Shown here: positions 21,701 to 32,283 of the stretch, piece after piece | Layout of the letters: each line of letters opens with the position of its first letter | Position numbering within the stretch: the stretch's first letter is position 1 | DNA from: Trichomonas gallinae | Lineage: Eukaryota | Length of the DNA stretch: 45,869 nt | Assembly (NCBI GenBank): GCA_008369845.1 | Contig: MRSU01001522.1 | Location: 1-45,869, forward strand | Direction of reading: 5' to 3' | Program-made: the position numbers and the translations under genes | The notes under the pieces: model-generated | What the model was told of the DNA's origin: nothing | Seen by the model: the letters and a program-made list of their open reading frames with translations, nothing else | The model's database searches: none

Positions 21701-24700
21701 TGAAGAACGGATTTCGATAAGAATCAAAGCTACTTATCCGAGACTCGAATTCGAATTAAATCGAACACAAAATGATCAAATCAAACTCTACAATCCAAAT
21801 GCAACACCAGAACAAGCAGCTAGCATGGAAAGAAAGTTTATAAACGATAGATTGCTAGAAATGTATAAGCGTCCAAGTTTCATGGAGAAAATCAGAAAGA
21901 ATCCTTATCTACATGTTCCGAAAAATTTCAATGGTTTCATAATATCAGAATTTACTTTCAATTTTGGCGAAATAATGCTTGGTAGTGAGTTCCAGAAATC
22001 ATTCAACGTTAAATTCGTTGGCAACCATATCCGCGGATTCGAAATATTCGACAAAAACATCAGAGGATCGGGATTTAGTTTCGAAAATCTTAAATACAGA
22101 GATTTAACAGCAAATGAATCTTTTCCTTTGGTTATCAAATTCAATTCTGAAGAGCGCACAACTAATGCTCTTGGCCCAGCAACATACAAAGTTCCAATAG
22201 TCATCAACGAAGAATTTGGCTATTTGGTTTATATTACGACAAATATTACAGCTCCGTCTTTGACAATTTCCGAGTCACATATTAACTTCTCAAACACAAT
22301 TGTTGGCGAAAAGCAAATTGTCACTTTACAGATGCAGAACATGAACAATGTCCCTGTTAAATATAAAGTGCATCCAGCGGAATTTGTCGACGCAATCAAA
22401 CAGAAAACGAACAAAAACTCTTCGTCAATTTTCAAAGTTTCGCAATCTGATGGAATTCTTCCTCCATGTTCTTTCCAGAACATTGACATCATTTTCACAC
22501 CAACCGCTGAAAAGCTATATCAAATGATGTTGCCGATTTCAGTCTTATATAACCAGCAGCAGACTTATATAACTCTAAAAGGAAGCGGAATACAACTCAA
22601 AGTTCAGTTCGATCCAGAGAAAATTGATTTTGGCGTTACAACATTAATGCAAGGCAAGAAGTCAAAGACAATCAACTTAGTCAATCCAACTGACTTTCCA
22701 ATTGAAGTTTACTCAAAGAATTTCGATCACGACTTGATAATGAGTGATTTGGGTAAAAACCAAAATTTGCTGAAAGAAGGTGAAGTTATAAAACGAACGC
22801 AAAGCTATGAATCAATGAAAGGTGTCAACAGCTTCTCATTTTGCGTGCTAGTTCACGGCCCACCAACGAGTGGTAAGTCAACAGTTGCCACTGAATTGGC
22901 CGAATACATGGGGAATGTTCCTGTTGTTGTTCTAGACAATGTTTGGAAAGACATGCAAAAAGATGCAACATCAAAAGACTATATACAAAAACTGCATGAT
23001 TATCTCAAAGACCCAATATACGCAAATGGTTATATTATAGATGGTATATGTGGATTACCTTCAAACAACGAAAACGAACAATACATTGCTCACGTTATGA
23101 AGACGAAAGGTGCCGTTGATGAATTTAACATTGATCCACTTTACATTGTTCCTCACAAAGAGCTGACAACTCACGAACTCATTGCCCAATATGTAATGAG
23201 CGCAATAAGAGTCCATTACTTCTATTTCATTGCGTTAAATGCGAACGAAGCCATTGTTTCGAGCAGATTGGAAGCAATTGATATCGCGAAGAAACAAGCA
23301 GAACTTGATAAAATGAAAAAAGAATTGCAAGCGATTTTCGATATGACAGAAGAAGAATACGCAGCTTTAACACCAGAAAAACAACAAGAAGTAGACTCCA
23401 AACGCGAAAACTACAGAAATAAGTTGATGGGAATCCAAGAAAACATCGACGAGCAAAAAAGTGGGCCTGGTTCATCAAAGAAATCAGGATCATCAAGAAT
23501 TCAAACAGCCAAGAAAGCAAGAGGAAAATCTGCATCAGCGATAGATCCTTCGTCTCTGCCATATCTATTGTATCAATACACACTGGGATCTGTTGTTAAA
23601 ACTGTTTTATCGATGAGCGATAATTACGCGAACTTCGATAAATCATTGATACACGAAGAGGAAGAAGAAAAACAGCAACCGTCAAAGCTGAGAAGAAAAT
23701 CAACAAATAAGAATCTCACTGAAAAGATTCCTCGTGGTATTGATCTGTTTACAATAACAGATCTTTCCATGCGTTTCCAGACGGTTCTAGTTGTTTCTGG
23801 ACAAACAAATTTGCAGCAGCAAAGTGAGGAAATCAAAAAATTCGTCCCAGAAATGAACGAACTCAAAACTGAAGCGTTCAGAAGAATGATTGAGCCTCCA
23901 AAGTCCATGACTGAAGAATCAATGACGACTCCTAAACTTCTGCAAACGAAGCCAGTTGGCTTTTACATTAACGTCGACGAAAATCAAGCAAATCAATTTA
24001 GAAATGAATATATTGGATTTATCAAAGAATTGGAAGAAAAACAAAAGGCAGAGAAAATCGTTGAGCTCGAGAACAAATTATCTGAAAATCCAGAGAACGA
24101 AGAAATCAAAACTGAATTAGAAAAATTGCAAAACCCTCAAAAAGAAAAAGAAAATGAGGAGGGAGAAGAAAAATTAGAAATTGAAGTTCCTCATATGACT
24201 CCGAGATGGAAAATTGAGCCAAACTCGAGTCTGCCGATCGAATTCGTTTATGAATCTAAAGAAGTTGGAACGTTTGAAGGTGAGATGCAGTTCGGAATCA
24301 TTGATGCTCATTCAATGCCAATTAAGCTGCCAATGTCTATAACAGTCATTCACCCGAACATTGACAGAAACATGTCAACGATTTTCGGGAAAACGACGCA
24401 GAAATTGACGCCTAAAACAGAGATGATTTACGTAACTGAGCTCAAAGAGTTCCACTTCGGATCGCAGATAATCGTCAAAGAGAAAGGAAAAGGAGGAAAA
24501 GGAGCTTATAAACAGCCGATTCATATACAAAATGTGACAGATTTTCCAGCTGAAGTTTCATTGACTTTATCTGAAATCGGACCGAAATCCCCATGGTCTA
24601 TTGACAAAGACACAGTTATTATTCCGCCAGCTAGCTCTGTGGATGTCAATGTTGGCTTTGCACCAGTTGTTGCTGATACATTTAAGACAGCTTTGACTCT

Positions 24701-27700
24701 GCAAATTATGGATAATCCTGAACCAGTTGTCGTCAATTTCGTCGGAAACGGCTGCATCCCAATAATAGAATGCACAGACACAAATATCGACTTCGAGAAG
24801 CTCTTGGTCAATCAAGGAAGATCATGTAAATTCGAGCTCAAGAATTCTGGCAGAATTCCTGCTTTTTGGCACATAAAAGGAGGAAACATACTCGGTCCCA
24901 ATTTCACTTTTTCTGCAGTTGAAGGATTCATTTCACCTAAGAGTAGCACTTTCGTTGAAGTCAAATACTTGTCCCCTAAACCTTTCTCTATAAAGAAAGC
25001 CATACAAATCGATATAATGGACAAAACAAAGCTTCGAACATTTTCAAGTCTTCACGTGAATTTCACTGCCGAAACATTTGAAGCAAACTTCGAACTAGTT
25101 TTCCCCAAAGGCATGGATCACATCAATTTCGGCGACTTAAAGACAAACAATGTCGGCAACATCAATCTAGGCATCAAATCCAAATCGAAATATCCACTTT
25201 TGTACAAATTCACTTTCCAGAAACAATCACTTTCAAAAATCATCAAAATCAATCCAATGGAAGGTGGAGTCCAGCCAGATGGAAAACCAGTGACTGTGAC
25301 TATTTCATGTCAAACAACGAGCGCGCAAAAGTTCGAGAAAACTAAAGGAATAATGATGAAAGTCATCGATTGCGTCAGTGGATCAGAAATTGCAAATGTT
25401 CCAATATTATTCTCTGCTAAAATTGTTTTCAGTCAGTTCACGATTTCTCCGCAGAATAAATTAGACTTCGGAAACGTTTCAGCAAATATTCCTGTCCAGA
25501 ACAATATTGTTATAACAAACACGTGTCCATTCCCATTTGATTTCGATTTAGTGTCAGCGAATGCGCCAGCGGAACCAGAAACGCCAAGAACTGCAAATCC
25601 GCGTGATAAAAAACGAGGAAATGCGAAGCCGATTTCTCCAAGAGGGCAGAAAGGAAAGAAGCCAGTTAATCTACAGATAAATGACTTTTCTCTTACTCCT
25701 TCTTCAGGAACAATCAATCCTAATGAATCAGCAACAATTTTAGCTGAATTGTTGCCATCTTCTGGTGTTGAAAATCTTTCAGCAAACTTTTTGATTAAAA
25801 TCACTGATGCACCTCCACAGTTTGCAGAAGGAATCCCATTCAACTTAGTAGCAGCTGCCTTTACTCCAGGAATAGACACAGTGAACTACGAGCTGATGTT
25901 CCCAGGAACGCCAATGGCAATTATGGCTGATATAACGAAATCAGATTTCACTGCTTTTCTTCCTGCAATTAAGCTACTACACATGATGAATACAATAATT
26001 GGCGAGTCTACAACAGTAGACTTCGTTCTTTCTAATATCAAACCTGTTCCGTGCTCAATCGTTATCGAAATCAAAGGCCCTAAAAAGTCAGCTTTCTTTG
26101 TCAGCGAAACAACATTTGACATTGAACCTGGCCAAACAAAGTGTTTGCAAATTTCTTTCAAACCTGGAGAAGTCAACGTTTTTAAGTCACAATTAGTTGT
26201 TTCCACTGTTGGTGGAGGCAGCATGATACTTGATATGGAAGGAGCAGGAGCAATTCCTGAGATTTCGATAGAATCAAACGACGAAATTGTTTCAGAATCT
26301 GAGCCAGTCAAATTCGGCCAAGTTTTAGTTGGCTCGCAGAAGACAAAGTATTTGACTCTCAAAAACGTCGGCAAGGTCCCAGCAACTGTTGCTCTGTCTG
26401 CTACAAGGTCAGCTGATTTCATCGTCAATGTCGAAAGCGAGATACAGATAAAGAGCGGGCATCATTTCGATGTTCCAATAATTTTTAAGCCTGAAAAAGT
26501 CAGACAATCGAAGATCGACATTGATATTTCCGTTTTACTGGGTGGAGTAACCAAGAAGATTTCATTCAGCGGTGATGGAAACAAAGAAGATATATTGTTC
26601 AGTGGTTTGCCAAGTGATGGATCTGATTTGGTCTTCAAGGAGTCAATAATCGGATCGATTCAAAAGTTAACATTCCAAATGAAATCTGTTTCTCAGCATG
26701 TCATAAGATTTACATGGGGAAGATTGACTGATTTCACTTTTGCTCCATCCGTTGGACACATCAGGCCAGGAGAAACCAAAAATGTCTTGGTGACATTTAA
26801 TTCATCGAAGCCGGTCACATATAATAATATTAATCAGACTTTAACGATACAAAAAATTAAACTCGAAGATGAAAATTGCGAGCACTGGGATGATACTCTC
26901 AAGGACTCAAAGTTCGTCACGAGAAGAGAGTCAATAATCATGCAGAGGAACCAGCAGCAAATAGCACCACCTTCCGAGCCGAAAACAACAGCGAGAAAAT
27001 TCCCTGGACACGCGAAATCGAGGAAAGACAACAAGCCAACAACTCCTGTGTCTTTCCCAGAAGAAGAAGACTTCGGAGGCCTGGATCCAGACGAATTAGT
27101 CAAAGTTGTAGAATTCCATCAAGAACCACCATATACATTAGTCACGAAAGAGAAGCATGACATAATCCTCAAAGTTTCTGCTGCTGCTGACAATCTCAAG
27201 TACTCTCTTGATACAAGCACCGTTGAATTTATGCCAACGATGATGTACACGAAAGTTAACAACGAAATTGTCCTAACGAATACATGTGGAATCTCTTTCA
27301 ACTACCACTGGTTCACTTTCAAGTTCACAGCTTTACACAACAGCGTTGATTTGTCTCCATTCACTATTTCTCCGTCTGATGGCGTCCTTAAACCAAACGA
27401 GAGCAAGACATTTACGATACAGTTCCTTCCGAAAGAAGTTGATGAGTTTTCAACAATATTTAGGTGCGAAATTCCTTTCCTGCAGACAATGGCGATGCCA
27501 GAAGTGACAGTCACAGGAATTTCTCGCCGTCCAATCTGCCACCTCGGAATAGACCCAAGTGACTACATAAGTGGTGGTAGAAGGATGCCAGAGTTCACTG
27601 AGCCGCTGCCAAATGATGTAAGAGTCATTGAAATAAACGCGAAGAAAGTTGGCGAAAAATCAATAAGAAAAATCGACATCGTTAACACGACATCAACGAG

Positions 27701-27917
27701 CTACGAAGTCTCATGGATACAACAGTACGACAGCAGCAACGGTGGTGTTAACTGTGAGACGCAGACTCAGTTGATTTCTGGTGGAAAAGAGACACATGTC
27801 GTTTTCAGTTTCACTCCGAAGTCGAACAAAATCGTTGAGTCATTGTGGCAGTTTACAATTCCTTCATACAACATCAAAGCTAACGTCCTTGTCGTTGGAA
27901 AGGTAGCAACAAACTAA
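18753..27917 (+). CDS. HYDIN: Hydin-like central-pair protein (multiple ASH domains, central P-loop/ADK-like region), shorter than canonical Hydin
   Basis: IEPIEGEIWP, many PxxGxIxP ASH repeats, VNPTDFPIEVYS, HGPPTSGKST, MTEEEYAALTPE, RPICH..PSDYISGGRR. Confidence 0.88.
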   Translation: MSYSLLKVDPNPLVFPSTCVCSESSVSFTVYNNGNEIVKYQWRNQPSIEAENEAKAQIDMLDPHIRANISQVFMFKSDDLKIEPIEGEIWPHQSHNLIAKFTPKKEGLTRTTAYLTNIESGERIPVLISGKCLAPDAAFDVSSINTGHIALDNSYDYQVTLKNMGNTDVEFSLIEEETSLKFDFYPKAGKISVGMAMPIQFRLYALKVGQFNETFRFRIAGAEFNTPSFAVNGRIVGPSFQCDTKLINFKSVSYGFTYKQTVRVTNVSDIPLDYRVQVLQNSNIQIREFTVYPEVATIRSKSHQDITVEFIPVSIQDYATSLVMTNPKYSAPLLTIPIQATCMYPKLSLETPDLDIGNVFIGHSYNFELNLINRTKLHAKYEYEDVNLADEYGWKLEIPQTSGIIEPNSTKPFAVTLTFLQLGNHSITRTIRVAGDPKNIIKFSFKALCIGPTLEYPTTPILFGEVEVLKTHQRVIEIKNTSLIEAVYKAQLANPSTVFKLLKLTGRIQPGATEYVPISVTLDDTALFDATVQFLFENLTPIDITVKARGVGNVLVPSIPLDEINLSYIFAGEKHTTEFVVNNKGRKNIDLRWSIPKPKLSPSNESFKYELTPEHFLLNAYSSQTITITVLSSLPCDFEMNPSLSTTINKQKHDYFTPRIFGRINKVLISIEKPLLTFLHSYVPDENGKIHIPTEIKPIVLENKITNPTPMKFGITATCQEPFIMSPTHFEMEPDESKSFTVTFNPFYKENYQSETIDRKIIMKSDSNPQTFYVDLKGIIEFPNVAFSSTVVNFGTLSKSTEKTETIIMKNPHTIKVDYWWEIETNQNNQKMVFDITPTKGQLLANSEEKIFFSFFAAPNNEEGPARFSGRAICHVIGGPTYNIDLRGSSAAFDYSLSPQVFAFDAAIATETLRGEVVLKSMSDFNFDYSVQIPKGSKVQEFNVSPMSGTLKSGSQQVFNISIIPGLFKDYNEMFFIRIGQFDEERISIRIKATYPRLEFELNRTQNDQIKLYNPNATPEQAASMERKFINDRLLEMYKRPSFMEKIRKNPYLHVPKNFNGFIISEFTFNFGEIMLGSEFQKSFNVKFVGNHIRGFEIFDKNIRGSGFSFENLKYRDLTANESFPLVIKFNSEERTTNALGPATYKVPIVINEEFGYLVYITTNITAPSLTISESHINFSNTIVGEKQIVTLQMQNMNNVPVKYKVHPAEFVDAIKQKTNKNSSSIFKVSQSDGILPPCSFQNIDIIFTPTAEKLYQMMLPISVLYNQQQTYITLKGSGIQLKVQFDPEKIDFGVTTLMQGKKSKTINLVNPTDFPIEVYSKNFDHDLIMSDLGKNQNLLKEGEVIKRTQSYESMKGVNSFSFCVLVHGPPTSGKSTVATELAEYMGNVPVVVLDNVWKDMQKDATSKDYIQKLHDYLKDPIYANGYIIDGICGLPSNNENEQYIAHVMKTKGAVDEFNIDPLYIVPHKELTTHELIAQYVMSAIRVHYFYFIALNANEAIVSSRLEAIDIAKKQAELDKMKKELQAIFDMTEEEYAALTPEKQQEVDSKRENYRNKLMGIQENIDEQKSGPGSSKKSGSSRIQTAKKARGKSASAIDPSSLPYLLYQYTLGSVVKTVLSMSDNYANFDKSLIHEEEEEKQQPSKLRRKSTNKNLTEKIPRGIDLFTITDLSMRFQTVLVVSGQTNLQQQSEEIKKFVPEMNELKTEAFRRMIEPPKSMTEESMTTPKLLQTKPVGFYINVDENQANQFRNEYIGFIKELEEKQKAEKIVELENKLSENPENEEIKTELEKLQNPQKEKENEEGEEKLEIEVPHMTPRWKIEPNSSLPIEFVYESKEVGTFEGEMQFGIIDAHSMPIKLPMSITVIHPNIDRNMSTIFGKTTQKLTPKTEMIYVTELKEFHFGSQIIVKEKGKGGKGAYKQPIHIQNVTDFPAEVSLTLSEIGPKSPWSIDKDTVIIPPASSVDVNVGFAPVVADTFKTALTLQIMDNPEPVVVNFVGNGCIPIIECTDTNIDFEKLLVNQGRSCKFELKNSGRIPAFWHIKGGNILGPNFTFSAVEGFISPKSSTFVEVKYLSPKPFSIKKAIQIDIMDKTKLRTFSSLHVNFTAETFEANFELVFPKGMDHINFGDLKTNNVGNINLGIKSKSKYPLLYKFTFQKQSLSKIIKINPMEGGVQPDGKPVTVTISCQTTSAQKFEKTKGIMMKVIDCVSGSEIANVPILFSAKIVFSQFTISPQNKLDFGNVSANIPVQNNIVITNTCPFPFDFDLVSANAPAEPETPRTANPRDKKRGNAKPISPRGQKGKKPVNLQINDFSLTPSSGTINPNESATILAELLPSSGVENLSANFLIKITDAPPQFAEGIPFNLVAAAFTPGIDTVNYELMFPGTPMAIMADITKSDFTAFLPAIKLLHMMNTIIGESTTVDFVLSNIKPVPCSIVIEIKGPKKSAFFVSETTFDIEPGQTKCLQISFKPGEVNVFKSQLVVSTVGGGSMILDMEGAGAIPEISIESNDEIVSESEPVKFGQVLVGSQKTKYLTLKNVGKVPATVALSATRSADFIVNVESEIQIKSGHHFDVPIIFKPEKVRQSKIDIDISVLLGGVTKKISFSGDGNKEDILFSGLPSDGSDLVFKESIIGSIQKLTFQMKSVSQHVIRFTWGRLTDFTFAPSVGHIRPGETKNVLVTFNSSKPVTYNNINQTLTIQKIKLEDENCEHWDDTLKDSKFVTRRESIIMQRNQQQIAPPSEPKTTARKFPGHAKSRKDNKPTTPVSFPEEEDFGGLDPDELVKVVEFHQEPPYTLVTKEKHDIILKVSAAADNLKYSLDTSTVEFMPTMMYTKVNNEIVLTNTCGISFNYHWFTFKFTALHNSVDLSPFTISPSDGVLKPNESKTFTIQFLPKEVDEFSTIFRCEIPFLQTMAMPEVTVTGISRRPICHLGIDPSDYISGGRRMPEFTEPLPNDVRVIEINAKKVGEKSIRKIDIVNTTSTSYEVSWIQQYDSSNGGVNCETQTQLISGGKETHVVFSFTPKSNKIVESLWQFTIPSYNIKANVLVVGKVATN

Positions 27918-28167
27918 TTTTAGTATGTTTTTAATACATTTTTGTTTTGTATTTATTTTATATAAAGTGTTTATTATGTTTACGGAATTTTTCTATTTTC
28001 GTATCCAAGTATTCAAACACTTTAATCTTTATCTATCTATGATCGTTCAATCGAAGAAGGTAATTCTCAGCTTGCTCGTCTCATCATATAATTTGATGAA
28101 AACGGCAATTATAACCATATTAATACCAAAGAATCTTATTTTAGCAGATTTATTGTCAAAACTCAAC

Positions 28168-28242
28168 ATTTGGGCTTCAAAAAGAGATTATCATGAAGCT
28201 GTCAAATTCCTTCTCACTGTTCCTGGAATTCAAGTGATTTGA
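28168..28242 (+). pseudogene. Partial ankyrin repeat relic
   Basis: IWASKRDYHEAVKFLLTVPGIQVI*. Shares GATTATCATGAA and CTCACwGTTCCTGGAAT with the 8770-9027 relic. Confidence 0.75.
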
Positions 28243-28544
28243 GTGATTCATCCTAGCTGAAGTCTGCGTAAGCTTTAGTCGTTTGCAATTCGGCTCAGGT
28301 ATCGCTCAAATATAATAAAATATGACCTATATTTATTTTTTTTTTTACAATATGAAAAAGGATTAAAAAGTAAATAGATATTTCATGATACTATAAATAT
28401 AAAATTCATTATAAACATGTTTTTCTCATTCTTAAGATGATTAGCATATCATATTTGCAACTAGATGCATAATGAATAGAGAATAAAAATGTGATGATTA
28501 AAATAAGCATACAAACATAATATTTAATCTCTATAAATAAAAAT

Positions 28545-29825
28545 TCAATTTTCGATTTGTGGGGCTCTTTTCTTTGCTTTTGGCTTTGTCTTCTTTCTTT
28601 TACTTTCTCTGTTTTTCTTTATTTCTCTGAATTGTTTTCTTTTTTCTTCAATTTCCAATTTAAGCTTTTCAAATTCTCTATTTAGATACCAAAACCTTGC
28701 AGCTATGGCTGAACCTATAAGAATCACAGCAAAAATCAAACTGTTTGATATTTTTGTAAATAATTTCAAAAAAGCAATAAATTTTTTCTCGAAAACAATA
28801 GGATACCTTTCTCTGTCCCAAGAAACTCCATCAAACGAAACACCAATGCGAGATCTTCCGATTTTTGGAGTAACTTCGCATTCTATCTCTGTTGCACTTA
28901 TTACAGTTCCCCTGATGACTGTTGTTCCAACCATGCAAAAAGCGCTTTGTGGAATGAATCCAACTGGTTGGATTGTAATTTTAACTAATGTTTTGACTAA
29001 AGAGCTTAATTTCCTTGGTGAAATAGATACAATTGTTGGTATTGGATAAATGCACTTTTGGAATCCGTCGCCAATTAAACCGTTCTGGCAGATACAATTT
29101 TCATCAATTAATTTTGCTGCTCTATGACAAATTGTGTACTGTGGATGTGATTTTAGTCTTCTATTTTTCATCTTTATTGATTCTTTCCGTGTTTTTCTCG
29201 GTTTTCGTTTTTTATTATCAAAATTTGTGTTGTTTTCGTAGTTTGTGATATTGAAGCTTAAGACATCATATCCTATATCGATCTTGAACATGTCAAACTC
29301 TGTTTCGTTAGCATACACAGATAATTTTGTTGGTTCTGGTGTTTTTGAAGGAATTTGAGTCGGAGTAATTGGAATGCGTTCTTTGTGTGTAATTTTTTGT
29401 GGTTTATCGTATGGATCTGTTTTATTTGGATTTGATTTCGGCCTTAATTGATATAAATACCAATACTTGTTTATAGACGGTGATGGCGTAGGATAAGGCG
29501 AGGGAGTTGGTGTTGGAGGTGGTACTGGTGATGGAGTTGGATTTGGCGTTGGTTTTAAATTTATGAATATATCTTTAAATGCTTTTGGATTAATTTTATC
29601 AAAATCGACGAGTTTGCGCCATTCTATTGGCGTTCGCGTAACAGTCGGATACGGTGTCTGTGTTGGTTGTGGAGATTGTGTCGGCAGGGCAGTTCTCTTT
29701 GGCATTCTCGAGACAAATTCCTCCTCATTCTGTACTTTATCGAATAATGTGTCGTCCTTCTTTGACTTTTTCTTCTTTTTTGCAGTGCTGAAATCAAAAA
29801 GAAGAAAAAGCCAAAGCAAAAACAT
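28545..29825 (-). CDS. Type I membrane protein: signal peptide, Pro/Thr-rich stalk, EGF-like, IPT/TIG-like, TM, basic tail
   Basis: MFLLWLFLLFDFSTA; PTPxPTPSP runs; CHRAA..CICQNGLIGDGFQKC; PTIVSISP..C.VG..IEC..VSFDG; TM LIFAVILIGSAIAA. Confidence 0.8.
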   Translation of the reverse strand: MFLLWLFLLFDFSTAKKKKKSKKDDTLFDKVQNEEEFVSRMPKRTALPTQSPQPTQTPYPTVTRTPIEWRKLVDFDKINPKAFKDIFINLKPTPNPTPSPVPPPTPTPSPYPTPSPSINKYWYLYQLRPKSNPNKTDPYDKPQKITHKERIPITPTQIPSKTPEPTKLSVYANETEFDMFKIDIGYDVLSFNITNYENNTNFDNKKRKPRKTRKESIKMKNRRLKSHPQYTICHRAAKLIDENCICQNGLIGDGFQKCIYPIPTIVSISPRKLSSLVKTLVKITIQPVGFIPQSAFCMVGTTVIRGTVISATEIECEVTPKIGRSRIGVSFDGVSWDRERYPIVFEKKFIAFLKLFTKISNSLIFAVILIGSAIAARFWYLNREFEKLKLEIEEKRKQFREIKKNRESKRKKTKPKAKKRAPQIEN

Positions 29826-29890
29826 TGTCACTTTTTATAAAATTTTGTTTACAAAAAGTGTCATAAAAGTGACATTTCAATTTTTTATGT

Positions 29891-30300
29891 TTCATCAACG
29901 AAATGAAAACTAATATCATAGCTCATATAATATATATTTTTCATTTTGTTGAGCGGATCATGAATTCAGTATTCATCAATGAGATCATAAGCACTGAATA
30001 TAATCTTATTTCTTTTATAATCAATGTAATAACTCAAATCATAGTTAATATAATATGTATTTTTATTTTGTTAGCTAAGTCATGCATATGAAGCCAGCAT
30101 TCACCAATGATATCTTAAGCAAATGATTTAATATTTTTTTTTCATCAACAACAAGAAAACTAATTCATAGTTCATATAGCATACATTAAAATTTTGTTGA
30201 CTAAGTCATGTATATGAAGTTAGTATCTAAATAATGATATCAAAAGCAATAGATATAAAATATCTTCATAAACCAATGAAATACAATAATTATATAATAC
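29891..30300. repeat. Degenerate tandem repeat, ~125-bp period, about 3.3 copies
   Basis: Units begin at ~29891, ~30015, 30141 and 30265. The three full units share AACT..TCATAGyT.ATATA..ATTTTGTT..TCATG..AATGA.ATC..AAGCA. Confidence 0.75.
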
Positions 30301-30660
30301 AGTCCACATTATAATAGCATATATCAGCGCAATTCAATTGTTGCTAATATTATTTTGTTAATTAATTAAAATATAAACATTGATTTAAAACCATTATGTT
30401 CGATTTGCTTAAACTTTAACATTTGGTTATTTGATCAATTACCATCGTATATAACAGTAGATTATATTTTATCGAATTAAAATATAAACATTAAAACTCG
30501 AGATTTCTTAAAATTTCGGCGTATATTGTTCAATTTAAGAATGTGTTGATGATTATTGTGTGATTTTGTTGCATATTTGACAAAAATATGTATTATTTTA
30601 ATTTATTCAACTGAATGGAAAAGAAATAAATAGAAAATAACGATATCATATATATTAGGC

Positions 30661-31062
30661 TTATTGTTCCCTGAATGGTGTTGCACCAATTGGAGCAACG
30701 TGGATAACAAGACGAATTTGACCGCCTTGTTTCACACCCTTAACAGGTGTGAGAGAGTACCACTTGTCGTAAACTTTGCCGATTTCGAATTGGTTCAGTG
30801 GAACTTTGAGAAGTGAAATTGGATCATCACTGCTTCCTTTGTCTTCATCCTTTAAAAATACAGTCAATGTATCAATGCTTGGATCTTCTGATGGTAAATG
30901 GAATTCCTCGTTCCAAACTGGCATATAGTCGCTTGGGATCACTCTCGTTTTGTGCAAATTTCTTGAGCCGTTCATCTGGAGGATAGCGAATGCATCTACT
31001 TTGCCGAAAAGGTCCATTTTCGGTAACTCTTTAGCTTCAACTACGCGAACGTGAGCTTCCAT
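30661..31062 (-). CDS. Single C2 domain protein (133 aa)
   Basis: [50 protein letters not shown], with Ca-binding Asp residues. ATG 31062. Confidence 0.95.
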   Translation of the reverse strand: MEAHVRVVEAKELPKMDLFGKVDAFAILQMNGSRNLHKTRVIPSDYMPVWNEEFHLPSEDPSIDTLTVFLKDEDKGSSDDPISLLKVPLNQFEIGKVYDKWYSLTPVKGVKQGGQIRLVIHVAPIGATPFREQ

Positions 31063-31403
31063 TTTCAAAAAATAAAAATGATAAAAAGAAAAAATTAATC
31101 GTTCGACAGTTTTGTCTACTCACTATGAGCATGAAGAATTGCACGAAAAAAAATAGGGCCGATAAATGAGAGCGTATTCAATTTTGAGGTTGCAAAATTT
31201 TTGAAAATAACGTAGTAATTATAATATTTTCAAATATGCGTTTGAAATGAACTGAAAAGTTATGTGATTTTTTGAAAAGAAAAGTGACGCAATATTTTGT
31301 AAAAGAAAAGTGTCAGCAATATTCGTCGGTTTAAAATAATCCATTAAAATTATTTTAGGACAAAAAGCGGAAATAATATAACCTTATCGTTCCTAAAATT
31401 TAT

Positions 31404-31950
31404 ATGGATTCGGCTCTATTATATCCATTGTCCATATTGTACAATATAGAATTTTTATTTTTCGATGCCAAAATTGATATTGGATAATTTATCAAAAATC
31501 TGTTGGAAACAGATCAAGGGCAATTCCAATAGAATGCATTGATCACTTTCCTAAATGAACAAAACTCACACCTTCGCCAGTAATTTAGCAGAATAAAATG
31601 TTTTTTTGCGCAAGATATTATTTTTGAAGAACAAGATAGCTACATTCAATTGCCATCAAGATATTTTGATTTTGAACCTAATACTAAAATTATACTAGAT
31701 GCTGTCCGCAATCGTGATTATCAATGCATTTACAATCCAAAATACAAAAATCTGACATTCAGGCCAAAACAATTGTTAATTAGACAAAATATGCATTATA
31801 TTGGACAAATTGTAGATTTATCTGGCGTTGATCTAAGTTATTAAAGGAGGAAATATATTCATTCAACAATTGCAAAGTAACAAACATATGGTTTAATTAT
31901 TCGCAATGAAATAAAACGCAAATTTGCTTTAAATCGAAAAATTATATGAT
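31404..31950 (+). pseudogene. Possible decayed gene (one frame, several in-frame stops)
   Basis: ATG 31404 is in frame with track ORF 31650..31844, separated from it by TAA, TAG and TAA. Protein-like composition, no family recognised. Confidence 0.35.
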
Positions 31951-32283
31951 TATTAAAGAACTTTGATTATACTTACTATAACTCATGCTAATATTATACA
32001 CATTCTTATGTGCAATTATAAACAGCTCCATAAAGTCATTTGATGTAGAAAAATCTTTCTTCATACGCGTAATACAGATATCTTTTATTAATGAGATCAT
32101 ATTTTGATATTTCATTTTCAGGTCGAAAAAATTGGTAAGCAATTGATTGTATAATTGACTGAGGAAGTTAGATCGTCAATTCTTGAAATCGAAATAATTG
32201 ACAATTAGATATTGTATATTTTAAACGTGCATCATTTGACTGTGAACTATATTACTTGTCATTTAATTCATGTAAAGTGAGTA

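Noticed and set aside
19028..27514. Many minus-strand ORFs within Hydin
   Set aside because: Antisense shadows with no recognisable domains.
27923..27928. GTATGT donor-like site after Hydin, hinting at splicing to a missing C-terminus
   Set aside because: Lies after the stop codon, and no CTAAC-AG acceptor is seen nearby.
27925..28242. 105-aa track ORF
   Set aside because: Mostly translated AT-rich 3' flank; only the last ~24 codons are an ankyrin relic.
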